The notes under the pieces: model-generated
The model's input: the letters and a program-made list of their open reading frames with translations, nothing else
Database searches by the model: none
What the model was told of the DNA's origin: nothing
Assembly: GCA_031441465.1 (NCBI GenBank)
Contig: JANOEP010000064.1
Location: 1-63,032, forward strand
Source: a bacterium
GTDB taxonomy: Bacteria > Krumholzibacteriota > Krumholzibacteriia > LZORAL124-64-63
Direction: 5' to 3'
Length of the DNA stretch: 63,032 nucleotides
Shown: positions 17,910 through 27,450 of the stretch, in pieces
How positions within the stretch are numbered: position 1 is the stretch's first letter
How the letters are laid out: each line of letters starts with the position of its first letter
Translations under genes and position numbers: made by a program

Positions 17910-20186
17910 ATGCGCTCGAAGTTCACGCCCTCGGCCACGCTGTGCGCGCTCCTGCTGAGCCTCTGGTGCCTGCCGCGGCCCGCGGCGTCCGCTTGTCTCG
18001 ACTACGCGGACCGGCTGCACTGGGCCGGACGCGCGCTGGTCGGCGGCGCGATCGTGGACGTCGCCGTGGAGGCGCAGCACGCCTACGTCGCGGTGACCGA
18101 CGTCGGCCTGAAGATCCTGGATCTGGCCGACCCCGCGTTCCCGGCCTACCGAGCCACCCTCGCACGTTCCGGCGGCGGCTGGCGGGTCGTCGCGGCATGG
18201 CCTCGTGTGTACCTGCTTTCGACGACGGGCACGCCGCGCCTGGACGTGATCGACGTGACGGTCCCGGCCGAACCCGTGCTGGCCGGCAGCCGCACCCTCG
18301 ACGCGGGCGCGCGCGATCTGGCCGTGGCCGGGCACCGCGCCTACGTGGTCCGCACCGCGGAAGGTGCTGGCGAACTGATGGTCGTCGACGCCACGAACCC
18401 CGCGAGCATGGCGATCGTCGCCCGGCGTCCCCTGCCGGCCGGCGTGCAGGCCGTCGCGATCGACGCCGGCAAGTTGCTGGCGGTCGGCGGTTCGCCCGCC
18501 GCGGTGCTGATGGATCTGCAGGATCCCGACGCGCCGCTGCAGACCGGCAGCTGGACCGATGTCCTGAGCCCGGTCGCGGTCGATCTGGCGGGCGACCTGG
18601 CCGTGGTGACCGGATCGGGCGGGGCGGCGGTCCTGGACCTCGCCGCGGGCGGCGATCCGATCGCGCGCGGTCGGCTGGCAGACCAGGCCGGCTGGACCGG
18701 TGTCGCCTGCGACGGCGTGGGCGGGGTCTGGCTCACGCGCCGTGACGGCGATCCCGCGGGCGGCGAATCACGGCGGGTGGATGTGAGCGACCCCGAGGCT
18801 CCGTGGTCGGTCGGCAGCTTGTCGACCGGCGCCTCGATGGTGGCCGCGGCGGGCGACTGGGCTTGGCTGGCGCGCGATGCCGTCGGCCTGGACGCCGTCG
18901 CCGTCGGCGCGGGCGCGGCGCCGACGCCCGGATCCTGGCCCACCCCCGTTCCCGCCGCGGCGCCCGTCGCGATCGCCGCCCGCGGCGCGACCGCCGCCGT
19001 CGTCCACGACACCACCGCAGACAGCAACCCCCGCGGTCTGTTGCACGCGCTGGACCTGTCCGATCCCGCGCTGCCGCGCGATCGGGGCGGCCTCGAATTC
19101 GCCGGCGCGCCCACCGACATCGCGATCGAGGACGGGTTGGCGGGCTTCACCTGGTACCACGCACGAACCAACCGCGGCGGGGTGAGCCTGGTGAATCTTT
19201 CCGGCGACGGTCCGCCGCAGATGCTCGGCACCGTGACCGTGTACGGCGAACCGACGCGCCTGGTCCTGGCGCCGCCGTGGCTCTACTGCGGCGTGCGCGG
19301 CACCGGCGCCGGGATCGGCCACCACCTGTTGGTGATCGACGTCGCCGACCCGGCCGCGCCGCAGTTGGCGCTGGTGTGGTCGATGTCCTACGCCACGACG
19401 GCCATGACCCTGGAAGGCGACCTGCTGCGGCTGGCCGGCCTGAACGGCGTGCTGCCCTACCTGCAGACGCTCGACGTCACGCAGCCCGGCGACCCGTTCT
19501 CGCAGTCCTTCTATCCTATGTCGCGTGCCTACTCCGACCTGCGCGTGCGCGGCGACCTGCTCTACGGTCTGGAGGCCGGCGGCACGCTGGATTTGATCGA
19601 CCTGTCCGACGACTTCCTGTGGTTCCGCGACGTGCTGGACCTGCCGTCGCCGCCCGCGGCCCTGGTGGTGCGCGGCTCGCAGGTCCTGATCGCCGCCGGC
19701 GACCTCGTGGTGGCCGATGCGACGGACCCCGACGCGATGCGCGCGCGCGGCAGCGTGCGGCTGTCCGGCGCCGTGGACGTCGCTGCGGGAGCCGGATGGC
19801 TGGCGGTCCTGGATGCCGCCGGCGTCGCGGTGCTGCCGCTGCCCTGCGAGGCCGTCGTGCCGATCGAACCGCCGCACGAGCCGCCGCCGCCGCAGGGCGA
19901 GCTGCCGCCGGCGCTGCGCCTGCTGGGCGCCGCCCCGAACCCGTTCAATCCCGAGACGACGGTCCGCTTCGAGCTGCCGCGCCCGTCGACGGTCGCGGTC
20001 GTGGTGTACGCCCTCGACGGCCGGCACCTCCGCACGCTGCTGCGCGCGTCGATGCCCGCGGGCGAACACGCCGCGGACTGGGACGGCCGCGACGACGCAG
20101 GCCGCCCGCAGCCGTCCGGCGCCTACGTGGTGCGGATCGCCGCCGACGGGCGCAGCGACGCCTGCAAGGTGCAGCTCGTGAGGTAG
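17910..20186 (+). CDS. Secreted LVIVD-repeat beta-propeller protein with C-terminal FlgD-Ig/T9SS-like CTD
   Basis: Signal peptide; repeated (L/V)xxxDxxDP units; C-terminal PNPFNPETT..WDGRDDAGR..SGAY..KVQLVR. Confidence 0.8.
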   Translation: MRSKFTPSATLCALLLSLWCLPRPAASACLDYADRLHWAGRALVGGAIVDVAVEAQHAYVAVTDVGLKILDLADPAFPAYRATLARSGGGWRVVAAWPRVYLLSTTGTPRLDVIDVTVPAEPVLAGSRTLDAGARDLAVAGHRAYVVRTAEGAGELMVVDATNPASMAIVARRPLPAGVQAVAIDAGKLLAVGGSPAAVLMDLQDPDAPLQTGSWTDVLSPVAVDLAGDLAVVTGSGGAAVLDLAAGGDPIARGRLADQAGWTGVACDGVGGVWLTRRDGDPAGGESRRVDVSDPEAPWSVGSLSTGASMVAAAGDWAWLARDAVGLDAVAVGAGAAPTPGSWPTPVPAAAPVAIAARGATAAVVHDTTADSNPRGLLHALDLSDPALPRDRGGLEFAGAPTDIAIEDGLAGFTWYHARTNRGGVSLVNLSGDGPPQMLGTVTVYGEPTRLVLAPPWLYCGVRGTGAGIGHHLLVIDVADPAAPQLALVWSMSYATTAMTLEGDLLRLAGLNGVLPYLQTLDVTQPGDPFSQSFYPMSRAYSDLRVRGDLLYGLEAGGTLDLIDLSDDFLWFRDVLDLPSPPAALVVRGSQVLIAAGDLVVADATDPDAMRARGSVRLSGAVDVAAGAGWLAVLDAAGVAVLPLPCEAVVPIEPPHEPPPPQGELPPALRLLGAAPNPFNPETTVRFELPRPSTVAVVVYALDGRHLRTLLRASMPAGEHAADWDGRDDAGRPQPSGAYVVRIAADGRSDACKVQLVR

Positions 20187-20192
20187 GGCGGC

Positions 20193-20840
20193 TCAGGCCC
20201 TCGTCTCGCAGTGTGGGAAGAGGGGGCAAGAGTCGCAGCGCGGTGCGCGCGCCCGGCAGGTCTGGCGCCCGTGCTCGATCAGCAGATGCGCGACCGCGAC
20301 CCAGTCGTCGCGAGGCACGCAGTCGTTGAGGTCGCGCTCGATCTTCACGGCTTCCTTGGGGCCGTGGTCGGTGAGGCCCAGCTTGCCGGCGATGCGCCCG
20401 ACGTGGGTGTCCACGACCACGCCCTCGGGCTTCCCGAAGGCCACCCCGAGCACGACGTTGGCCGTCTTGCGACCCACCCCGGCCAGGGCCGACAGCTCTT
20501 TCATCGTCGCTGGCAGCTTGCCGCCGTGCTTCTCGACCAGGTCGCGGCAACAGCTGCGGATCGACTTGGCTTTCTGCCGGTAGAACCCGGTGGAATGGAT
20601 GGCCGCTTCGATCTCCTCCTGCGAGGCCTCGGCGAAGTCCCGGGGTGTGGGGTAGGCCCGGAACAGCCCCGGCGTGACCTGGTTGACCCGGGCGTCGGTG
20701 CACTGGGCGCTCAGGATGGTGGAGATCAGCAACTGGAAGGGGTCGCGGTGGTCCAGGGAGCAGGCGGCGTCGGGGAACTCCCGTTTCAGGATCGCGAGCA
20801 CCTTGTTCGCGCGGGTTTTACGGGCGGCCGGATCAAGCAT
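20193..20840 (-). CDS. nth: Endonuclease III
   Basis: LSAQCTD, LAGVGRKTANVVL HhH motif, VDTHV, C-x6-C-x2-C-x5-C FeS motif. Confidence 0.95.
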   Translation of the reverse strand: MLDPAARKTRANKVLAILKREFPDAACSLDHRDPFQLLISTILSAQCTDARVNQVTPGLFRAYPTPRDFAEASQEEIEAAIHSTGFYRQKAKSIRSCCRDLVEKHGGKLPATMKELSALAGVGRKTANVVLGVAFGKPEGVVVDTHVGRIAGKLGLTDHGPKEAVKIERDLNDCVPRDDWVAVAHLLIEHGRQTCRARAPRCDSCPLFPHCETRA

Positions 20841-20869
20841 GAGGGCTCGCTTTCAGGGGGCGGGGGAGC

Positions 20870-20898
20870 TTGACACCCCCGCCGCGGGGTGCTAGTTT
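20870..20898 (+). promoter_or_regulatory. Sigma70-type promoter for tRNA-Lys
   Basis: TTGACA-17 bp-TAGTTT with extended TG. Confidence 0.6.
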
Positions 20899-20971
20899 GC
20901 GGGTCCGGTGGGGGAGGATAGCATCCCCGGTCGGGTCGCGCCATCGCGCGGTTCCAGATGACATCTCGGGT

Positions 20972-21047
20972 GCGCCGCTAGCTCAACTGGTAGAGCAACT
21001 GACTCTTAATCAGTAGGTTCGGGGTTCAAGTCCCTGGCGGCGTACCA
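20972..21047 (+). tRNA. tRNA-Lys(CTT)
   Basis: GCGCCGCTAGCTCAACTGGTAGAGC..CTGA-CTCTTAA-TCAG..GTTCAAGTC..ACCA. Confidence 0.95.
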
Positions 21048-21055
21048 ACTAATAC

Positions 21056-21085
21056 AAGGGGTTACGGCGATTGTCGTAACCCCTT
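21056..21085. terminator. Hairpin just 3' of tRNA-Lys (bidirectional terminator or island boundary)
   Basis: AAGGGGTTACGGC-GATT-GTCGTAACCCCTT. Confidence 0.6.
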
Positions 21086-21203
21086 CTTCTAGAAAAACGG
21101 GTCTGGGTTCCTCTGTGGGTTCCATTCGTCTGTGCTTGATCATGCCGCCATCCTCTGAGTAAAGACCTGGTGAAGCTCGAGTTATTGGATCTGCGGTTGA
21201 TAT

Positions 21204-22730
21204 TTATTCATGGGGAGCAGTAATCAATGATGCCAAAAACTGAGTGAACGGAATAACATCATCCTTAATGCTGGATGTTTCTAGCGTCTTCATGTATTCG
21301 CCACGCCTCTCCACGGGAATCACGATCCACGAGTAGCCCCCAGCTGCGAGCATGAGATTCATCAGGAATCGGCCGATACGGCCATTCCCGTCGCTGTAGG
21401 GATGGATGTTGACGAAGAAGAAGTGCCCCAGCACGACTCGCACGGGAGCACACTCTTCTTCGGCAAGCAGTTGGAACAACATGGGCATCAAGTCCCGGAC
21501 AGCCTTGCTCTGTGGTGGCACGTGTCGAGATTGTCCGATGTAGACAGGCCCGTTGCGGTAGCCGGCAAGATCCGCAGCCTTGATGATGCCGGCGGATACT
21601 GACGGCGCGAATAGCATCCTGTACCAGTCTCCGTGGTCTTCTTCTGCCACAGATCCGGAATTCTCGCCGTCAAGCACACGGATGAGGCTCTGCTGCACGC
21701 GTTGAAATGCCTGCCAATAGCCCTTCGCCACCATGGCATTTCGTTCATTTCGGTCGCTGTCGTTATCGTCGGGATCCCATTCATGCAGCCGTACTCGCGC
21801 AATCAGCTCTCGGCTGACCTGGTAGCCTTCGATCGACAACGAGTGATAGGCATCCGTCACATAGGCGTCATCGACAGAGCGCAAATAAGCGGCGTTGTCC
21901 ACGGTGCGGTTTGGTGAGGGAGGAAAGTGGGCGATCACGTCCTTGCGCATCTCCATCCACATGAGTTGCAGGCGATGGACATGAGGAGGGGAAGGAGTAG
22001 GCAGCTGGGGCGTGGCGGACTCATCAGTGAAAGGATCGCTGATACGGACGTTATGCCCCACGGCTTGCATGGCTTTGATGATATCCTCTGCTACCCGCAT
22101 CCTATCGATATTCTTGAAGGCTCCGGCAAGTCGCCCGGCGATTGTCGTTTGTCCTCGCTCCAGTAATGGGGGGAGTACCTCCGATGCGCTTGTGACTTGA
22201 GCAAGAGTGGAACGGGCGGCCGTCGCGTGACTTCTGAAAAAATCCTGTGAGACGGCGATGAAAGCCGCAGCAATCGAGTAAACTCGCAATCCGTCGAGTT
22301 CGGATTGGACTGACTTCTTTGGAACTGAGGCACGTACGGGGAGGAGCGTGGTCTTGTAAGGCAATGAAACGATACTGTTGGTGCCCCTGCCGCTCCGAAC
22401 GATGAGTTGCTGGGGAATGGCGCGGTTCCCGGCATGCAGCAGAAGCGATTGCTCGGGGGACAGGCACCAGTCATCACCAAATCTGGCATTCAGGTAGTCG
22501 CCACAGAAACCCCAGTAAGAGACATACCAGGATGTGCTCTCGCCGTCCGCAAAGTCGGGGCGAGCGCAGATGTACCATCCCTTCATGACTACCTGCAGGA
22601 AACCGGTTGCCAGCAGACGCTCTCTGTGAGTCCGCGTGAGGTCCTTGGACTGGATTGCAGTCCGCCCTCCCTCGCAGAGGCTCTTGAGTACTTCCAGAGA
22701 TTGCGCCAGTTTCTCTGATTGAGTTGCCAT
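21204..22730 (-). CDS. Fic family protein in a lower-GC islet
   Basis: HPYSDGNGRIGR Fic motif, DAYHSLSIEGY; codon usage departs from the host. Confidence 0.9.
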   Translation of the reverse strand: MATQSEKLAQSLEVLKSLCEGGRTAIQSKDLTRTHRERLLATGFLQVVMKGWYICARPDFADGESTSWYVSYWGFCGDYLNARFGDDWCLSPEQSLLLHAGNRAIPQQLIVRSGRGTNSIVSLPYKTTLLPVRASVPKKSVQSELDGLRVYSIAAAFIAVSQDFFRSHATAARSTLAQVTSASEVLPPLLERGQTTIAGRLAGAFKNIDRMRVAEDIIKAMQAVGHNVRISDPFTDESATPQLPTPSPPHVHRLQLMWMEMRKDVIAHFPPSPNRTVDNAAYLRSVDDAYVTDAYHSLSIEGYQVSRELIARVRLHEWDPDDNDSDRNERNAMVAKGYWQAFQRVQQSLIRVLDGENSGSVAEEDHGDWYRMLFAPSVSAGIIKAADLAGYRNGPVYIGQSRHVPPQSKAVRDLMPMLFQLLAEEECAPVRVVLGHFFFVNIHPYSDGNGRIGRFLMNLMLAAGGYSWIVIPVERRGEYMKTLETSSIKDDVIPFTQFLASLITAPHE

Positions 22731-23126
22731 TGCAGGGTCCTTTGTTGCTTCCCTTAGGGGGAAACTCGTAAAATGTGCTGCGGCATAGCTAGGGTATTTC
22801 GTTGTTAGTGAATTAGCCTAACAAGTAGTAGTGCAATTAGTTTATAGTGTCTATATAAACTGCATAATATTTATAACATCATATATTTCAATATAATAGA
22901 GATTATTACGTGAGGCGCATGTCGTGGAATTATACGACAGAAGTCGATCATCATGCTGCCATAGGTTGGAACACGTTCCTATTGCCCGATGGCGTGAATA
23001 TTGATCTACATGCACTACAGTACGGAGCAAGCCGGTTGCTTCGATCGTCCGGACTCCACATGATACCATCACCGTACACTGAGCCCGCTCATGCGACCCG
23101 ACCGACGTCACACTCCCGAGGTCCCC

Positions 23127-23576
23127 GTGCTCCACATCTACGTCGACGCCGACGCCTGCCCCGTCAAGGACGAGATCTACAAGGTCGCCCAGCGCTACGG
23201 CCTGCAGGTCACCCTGGTGGCCAACAGCTACATGCGCTACCCCGGCGGCGGCCAGGTCAAACTCGAAGTGGTGGAGCAGGGGCGGGACGAGGCCGACGAC
23301 TGGATCGTCGCGCAGACCGGCAAGGACGACATCGTCATCACCGGCGACATCCCGCTGGCGGCTCGCTGCCTGGACACGGGCGCCCGCGTGCTCGGCCACA
23401 AGGGCCGGCCGTTCACGCCGGAGAACGTCGGCGACTCGCTGGCCACGCGGCAACTGCTGTCCCAGCTGCGCGATCAGGGCCTCGTGGGCGGAGGCCCGCC
23501 GCCATTCTCGCCGAAGGACCGGTCGCTCTTCCTGCAGCAGCTCGATCAGATGATCCAGGCGATCCGACGGGGATGA
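23127..23576 (+). CDS. YaiI/YqxD (UPF0178) family protein
   Basis: IYVDADACPVKDE, ADDWI, DIVITGDIPLAARCL, GGGPPPF. Confidence 0.9.
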   Translation: MLHIYVDADACPVKDEIYKVAQRYGLQVTLVANSYMRYPGGGQVKLEVVEQGRDEADDWIVAQTGKDDIVITGDIPLAARCLDTGARVLGHKGRPFTPENVGDSLATRQLLSQLRDQGLVGGGPPPFSPKDRSLFLQQLDQMIQAIRRG

Positions 23577-23598
23577 TCCCGCCGGTCGGCGTCGTCGT

Positions 23599-24387
23599 TC
23601 AGCGCAGCAGCATCCCGCGGACCACCACGGGCGGACTGCCGGGTGAAGAGAGCGTGAACAGATAGGCTCCCGACGGCAGGGGCTTTCCCGAGCCATCCTC
23701 GCCGCTCCAGGTCACCGCCAGCGGAACACCTCCGAGCGCCCCACACCAAACGGTGCCCAGGTTGCGACCCGCGACGTCGTGGGCCTCGAGGCGGGCGTCG
23801 CAGGCGATGGGCGAGCTGACGATCAGTTGCGTGCGCGGGTTGAAGGGATTCGGGGCCAGCATCAGCGTGGGTCCGGGACGCAGCGGCTGGGCGCCGGTGA
23901 CGGGGTCGCTCACCACGATGGTCGCCGCTCCCAACGTGAGGTCGGGCAAGGGGTTGGCTTGGGGGTCGGAAAGGTAGACCTCGACCGTGGCCAGCTCGGT
24001 CATGCCTGTCTGCGTGGCGGCTTCGAAGTGCCAGACCAGCAGTTCGCCGGGCCCGGAGGCGAAGCAGGTGCCGCCGATGATCACCACGTAGGCGTGGAAG
24101 AGGCCCGGCGTGGTCTCGTCGTAGTCCTCCCACAGGAAGCAGCCCACCCCGTCGTAGATCGAGCCCGGGGTGGAGGTGACCCCCGTGATCACGTTGGGAT
24201 CGTAGGTGATCCGCACCTCGATCGTGCGGATGTCCACGTCGTCGTCCAGCATCACCGCGACGCTGCCGTCGGCGCCGGGGGCGACCGACTGCCAGCGGGG
24301 TTCCCAGCGCAGGGTAATCGCCTGCGCGATGGACACGGTCGCAAGGACGCACAGTAGGGTAACGGACATGCGGGCGATGGGCTTCAT
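23599..24387 (-). CDS. Secreted cohesin-like domain protein with FlgD-Ig/T9SS-like CTD
   Basis: Signal peptide; IRTIEVRITYDPNVI..GPGELLVWHFEA cohesin-like pattern; PNPFNPRT..W.G.D..G..LPSGAY tail. Confidence 0.7.
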   Translation of the reverse strand: MKPIARMSVTLLCVLATVSIAQAITLRWEPRWQSVAPGADGSVAVMLDDDVDIRTIEVRITYDPNVITGVTSTPGSIYDGVGCFLWEDYDETTPGLFHAYVVIIGGTCFASGPGELLVWHFEAATQTGMTELATVEVYLSDPQANPLPDLTLGAATIVVSDPVTGAQPLRPGPTLMLAPNPFNPRTQLIVSSPIACDARLEAHDVAGRNLGTVWCGALGGVPLAVTWSGEDGSGKPLPSGAYLFTLSSPGSPPVVVRGMLLR

Positions 24388-24455
24388 GGCGACTCCTGTG
24401 GTCCCGGGCTCCGGCGCGAGGCCGGAGCCCGGTTGAACGTGCCTATGCAACGATT

Positions 24456-27341
24456 CTACTTCATCAGGGTCATCTTGCGGACTTCCGTGTCCGCACCCGC
24501 CACGAGCCGGTAGAAATAGGTCCCGGTCGCCGCGCGCTGCCGCGCGGAGTCCAGGCCGTCCCACACGACCGCATGAGGGCCGGCCGTCATCTGGCCGTCG
24601 ATGAGCGTGCGCACGAGGCTGCCGTCCACCGCGTAGACGCCCAGCCGCACGTGCCGCGCCTCGGGCAGCGCGAAGGCGATGGTCGTTCTGGGGTTGAACG
24701 GGTTGGGGTAGTTCTGGCCGGCCGAGAACCGGACCGGCGTCTGCGGTTCGCCGCCGGTGGTCTGCGACACGCGCAGATCGCCGTTGTCGGTGCGGCGCGC
24801 TTCGATCGCGGGGGCGACCGTCACGTCTGCGCTGAAGGTCACGCGCAGCAGTTCGCCCGCGCCGGCGATGGCGCCGCCGCGGCCCAGCAGGGCGAGGCTG
24901 GCGTCCAGGCCGTTGCGGTCGATGTTGGCCACGAAGGCCGGAGAAACCTGGGCGTCGAGCAGCTCACCTGCGCGGACGTCGCAGACCACCCCGTCGGGCA
25001 GGTCGGCGCGGAGACGCAACCCCTTGAAATCAGCGCAAGGCTCGACCAGCTCGAGCGCCCAGGTGTTCCCATCCAGACGGATCCAGGCCAGGACCGCGTT
25101 CGGTGTGCCGCCGGCGGGCTGCCGCGGCAACACGTTGCCGAAGTTCATGGCGAAGATCATCAGGTCCTCGAAGTCGATCACGTTGTCGGTGGTGGGGATG
25201 CCGAAGCTGCTGGTGTCGTCGGTGGGGCCGACGTCGGCTTCGTTGTCGTAGCCGCCGACGCCGTGGACGTAGCCGAAGGCCGAGCCGAGTTCGTCGATGT
25301 CCTGCACGTCGACGTCGCCGTCGTACGTCGGTGGATCGATGTCGCCCAGCCAGTAATTGGTGCAGCGGTTCATCGGGCCGGCGCCGGGGCCGACGTTGCC
25401 GGCAGCGTCCACGGCGTAGACCTCATAGTAGTAGATGCCGCGCGGCGCGTAGCTGTCGACGTACGTCAGGTCCGTACCGGCCACCGAACTGCTCACCAGC
25501 GACCACTCGAGGCTGGCGTCGGCGGCGGCGCGGTTGGCGGGCCACAGGGGCTGGTTCGGGTTGTCGTCGTCGTACTCGGGGTAGGCCGAGACAGCTTCGT
25601 TGCCCACACCGGTGAGGTGCCAGACGGCACGCCACACCTCATAGTGGTGGACGTCCGAGGCGTTGGCCATGGCCCAATCGAGCGTGACCTGCTCGTGGCC
25701 GGGCTCGGTCGTCAGATCGGTCACGCCAGGCGGCGCGGTGCAGTCCACTGTGAACGAGACCCCGCTCATGTCGGCGAAGATGTCCATGTTGGCCGGATCG
25801 CGCATGCGGTAGCTCTCCACCGCCACATCCACGACGCCGTTGCCGCTGGTCGTCAGGACCAGCGTGAACAGATTGCCAGCGACCTTCAGGCCGGGTGTGG
25901 TGCCCAGGATGGACTCGTTCACCGAGTAGACACCGGCGCCCTCGTCCACCACGTAGAAGACCGTGGTGCCGACCGACGACAGGCCGCCGGCCTTGGCGAA
26001 GTGGAGCGTGGGGTTGATGGGGGCCACCGGACCGGTCACCTTCAGCACGATCTCGTAGCCGCGCAGACCGGGCGTGGCGTCGCCGGGCGCGTAGCTGAAG
26101 GTCACGGTCTTGGTCTGGCCGCACTGCACGGGGTCGGGGCCGCTCGCGGCGGCGGTGACCGTGGCGCTGGCGACGGCAGCCAGACCGGCGATGACCTCAC
26201 CGCAGGTTTCCGTGTAGTGGTAGCCGTTATCGTAGACCCAGCCGCCGGAGATGTGCTGGGTGGAGGCCAACCAGATCGCGCCTTGGCGGGCGGCGGCGCG
26301 CGTGGCGACCGTCGAGGGGAGGTTGTCGGCCAGAGACCGTAACGCGAATCCCGTGCCCTGCCAATCGCGGTCGATTTCGGCCGTGGCCCCGTACTGGTCG
26401 CTGAAGGCGCCGTCAGCATACTGGCAGGACAGCAGCAGGGCCTGCAGCCCGGGCAGTTCGGCGGTGTGGGTGCCGGAGGTCGCGAAGGCGTCGATGATGC
26501 CCGTCACGCCGAGGGTGTACCAGTAGTAGAGCGGCGTGTTCCAGGCCGGATCGCTGCCCTTGTTGGCGCCGTTGGGGCGGAAGTAGCCGGGAACGCCGGC
26601 GAAACTGTCCTGGTAGATGACCTCCGCCATGGCCGCGGCTTCGACGACGTGGCCGGCGAGGGGGAAGGCCTCGTCCATCAGCATGGCCGCCTCGACCCAG
26701 GGTGCGATGTCCCAGGGGATGATGCCGTTGCTGTAGCCTTGGCCGTAGCGGAAGTCGCGGATGAATGCGGCGAGGTTCGCCATCGTCCCGTAGACGCCGA
26801 GCTGACGGTTCCAGATCGCCTGTGCACCCGCCCGGTAAGTGGCCGGGGCGGGGCAGTCCGGCAGGTTGGCGAATTCCAGCAGGAAGATCACGTCCGGACC
26901 TGAGCGGATCACGGTGGGGCCGACGCTGACGATATGGTCGGCGGCGTCCTTCATCGCCGTGAAATAGGCGGGTAGCGGGTTCACGAGATAGGCGCGGTAG
27001 ATGCCCTGCACCGTCGCGCCGTAAGTGTTGTTCGGACTGGCAGCCGTGCTGTGGGTGAAGGCCAGGCATTGCCAGTCCCACCCGCCGTCGTCGGGATCGG
27101 TGTCGGCGGCGCCGTTGCCGGCGTTGTCCTCGGTGAAGTCAGCCTGCATGCCGACCAGGTAGTCGGCGCCGGCCATCATCGACGCCGCGAAGTCTGTCGG
27201 ATCGCCGAAGGCTTTGTCGGCGGTGGGGATGATGCCGCGCACGCCGTCAGGCATACCGTCGGCGGGCGTGGCCGGCGGTCCGGCGGCCCAGGCGCCCGCC
27301 GCGATCAGCAGCAGCGCCAGGAACAAAGTCGTTTTTCTCAT
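24456..27341 (-). CDS. Large secreted protein: alpha/alpha-barrel-like N-terminus, cohesin-like, FN3-like, dockerin-like, FlgD CTD
   Basis: Signal peptide; QxxDGG(W/F)-type motifs (DDGGWDW, CQYADGAF, TQHISGGW); GDIDPPTYDGDVDVQD..FG and DFEDLMIFAMNFG EF-hand-like pair; YPNPFNPRTT..RKMTLMK. Confidence 0.7.
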   Translation of the reverse strand: MRKTTLFLALLLIAAGAWAAGPPATPADGMPDGVRGIIPTADKAFGDPTDFAASMMAGADYLVGMQADFTEDNAGNGAADTDPDDGGWDWQCLAFTHSTAASPNNTYGATVQGIYRAYLVNPLPAYFTAMKDAADHIVSVGPTVIRSGPDVIFLLEFANLPDCPAPATYRAGAQAIWNRQLGVYGTMANLAAFIRDFRYGQGYSNGIIPWDIAPWVEAAMLMDEAFPLAGHVVEAAAMAEVIYQDSFAGVPGYFRPNGANKGSDPAWNTPLYYWYTLGVTGIIDAFATSGTHTAELPGLQALLLSCQYADGAFSDQYGATAEIDRDWQGTGFALRSLADNLPSTVATRAAARQGAIWLASTQHISGGWVYDNGYHYTETCGEVIAGLAAVASATVTAAASGPDPVQCGQTKTVTFSYAPGDATPGLRGYEIVLKVTGPVAPINPTLHFAKAGGLSSVGTTVFYVVDEGAGVYSVNESILGTTPGLKVAGNLFTLVLTTSGNGVVDVAVESYRMRDPANMDIFADMSGVSFTVDCTAPPGVTDLTTEPGHEQVTLDWAMANASDVHHYEVWRAVWHLTGVGNEAVSAYPEYDDDNPNQPLWPANRAAADASLEWSLVSSSVAGTDLTYVDSYAPRGIYYYEVYAVDAAGNVGPGAGPMNRCTNYWLGDIDPPTYDGDVDVQDIDELGSAFGYVHGVGGYDNEADVGPTDDTSSFGIPTTDNVIDFEDLMIFAMNFGNVLPRQPAGGTPNAVLAWIRLDGNTWALELVEPCADFKGLRLRADLPDGVVCDVRAGELLDAQVSPAFVANIDRNGLDASLALLGRGGAIAGAGELLRVTFSADVTVAPAIEARRTDNGDLRVSQTTGGEPQTPVRFSAGQNYPNPFNPRTTIAFALPEARHVRLGVYAVDGSLVRTLIDGQMTAGPHAVVWDGLDSARQRAATGTYFYRLVAGADTEVRKMTLMK

Positions 27342-27450
27342 GATCTCTTCCCTCCGAAAAGACATGGCGCTCCGTCGGGTGGCAGGGCGGGGCTCCTTCC
27401 CCGTCGCGGGCAGGGCCCCGGCTTGCAGCCGGGGCCCCTGATGATCGTCG

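Noticed and set aside
20900..20970. tRNA-Sec or other ncRNA upstream of tRNA-Lys
   Set aside because: No TCA anticodon loop or T-arm; it looks like a tRNA leader. No sel genes are present in the window.
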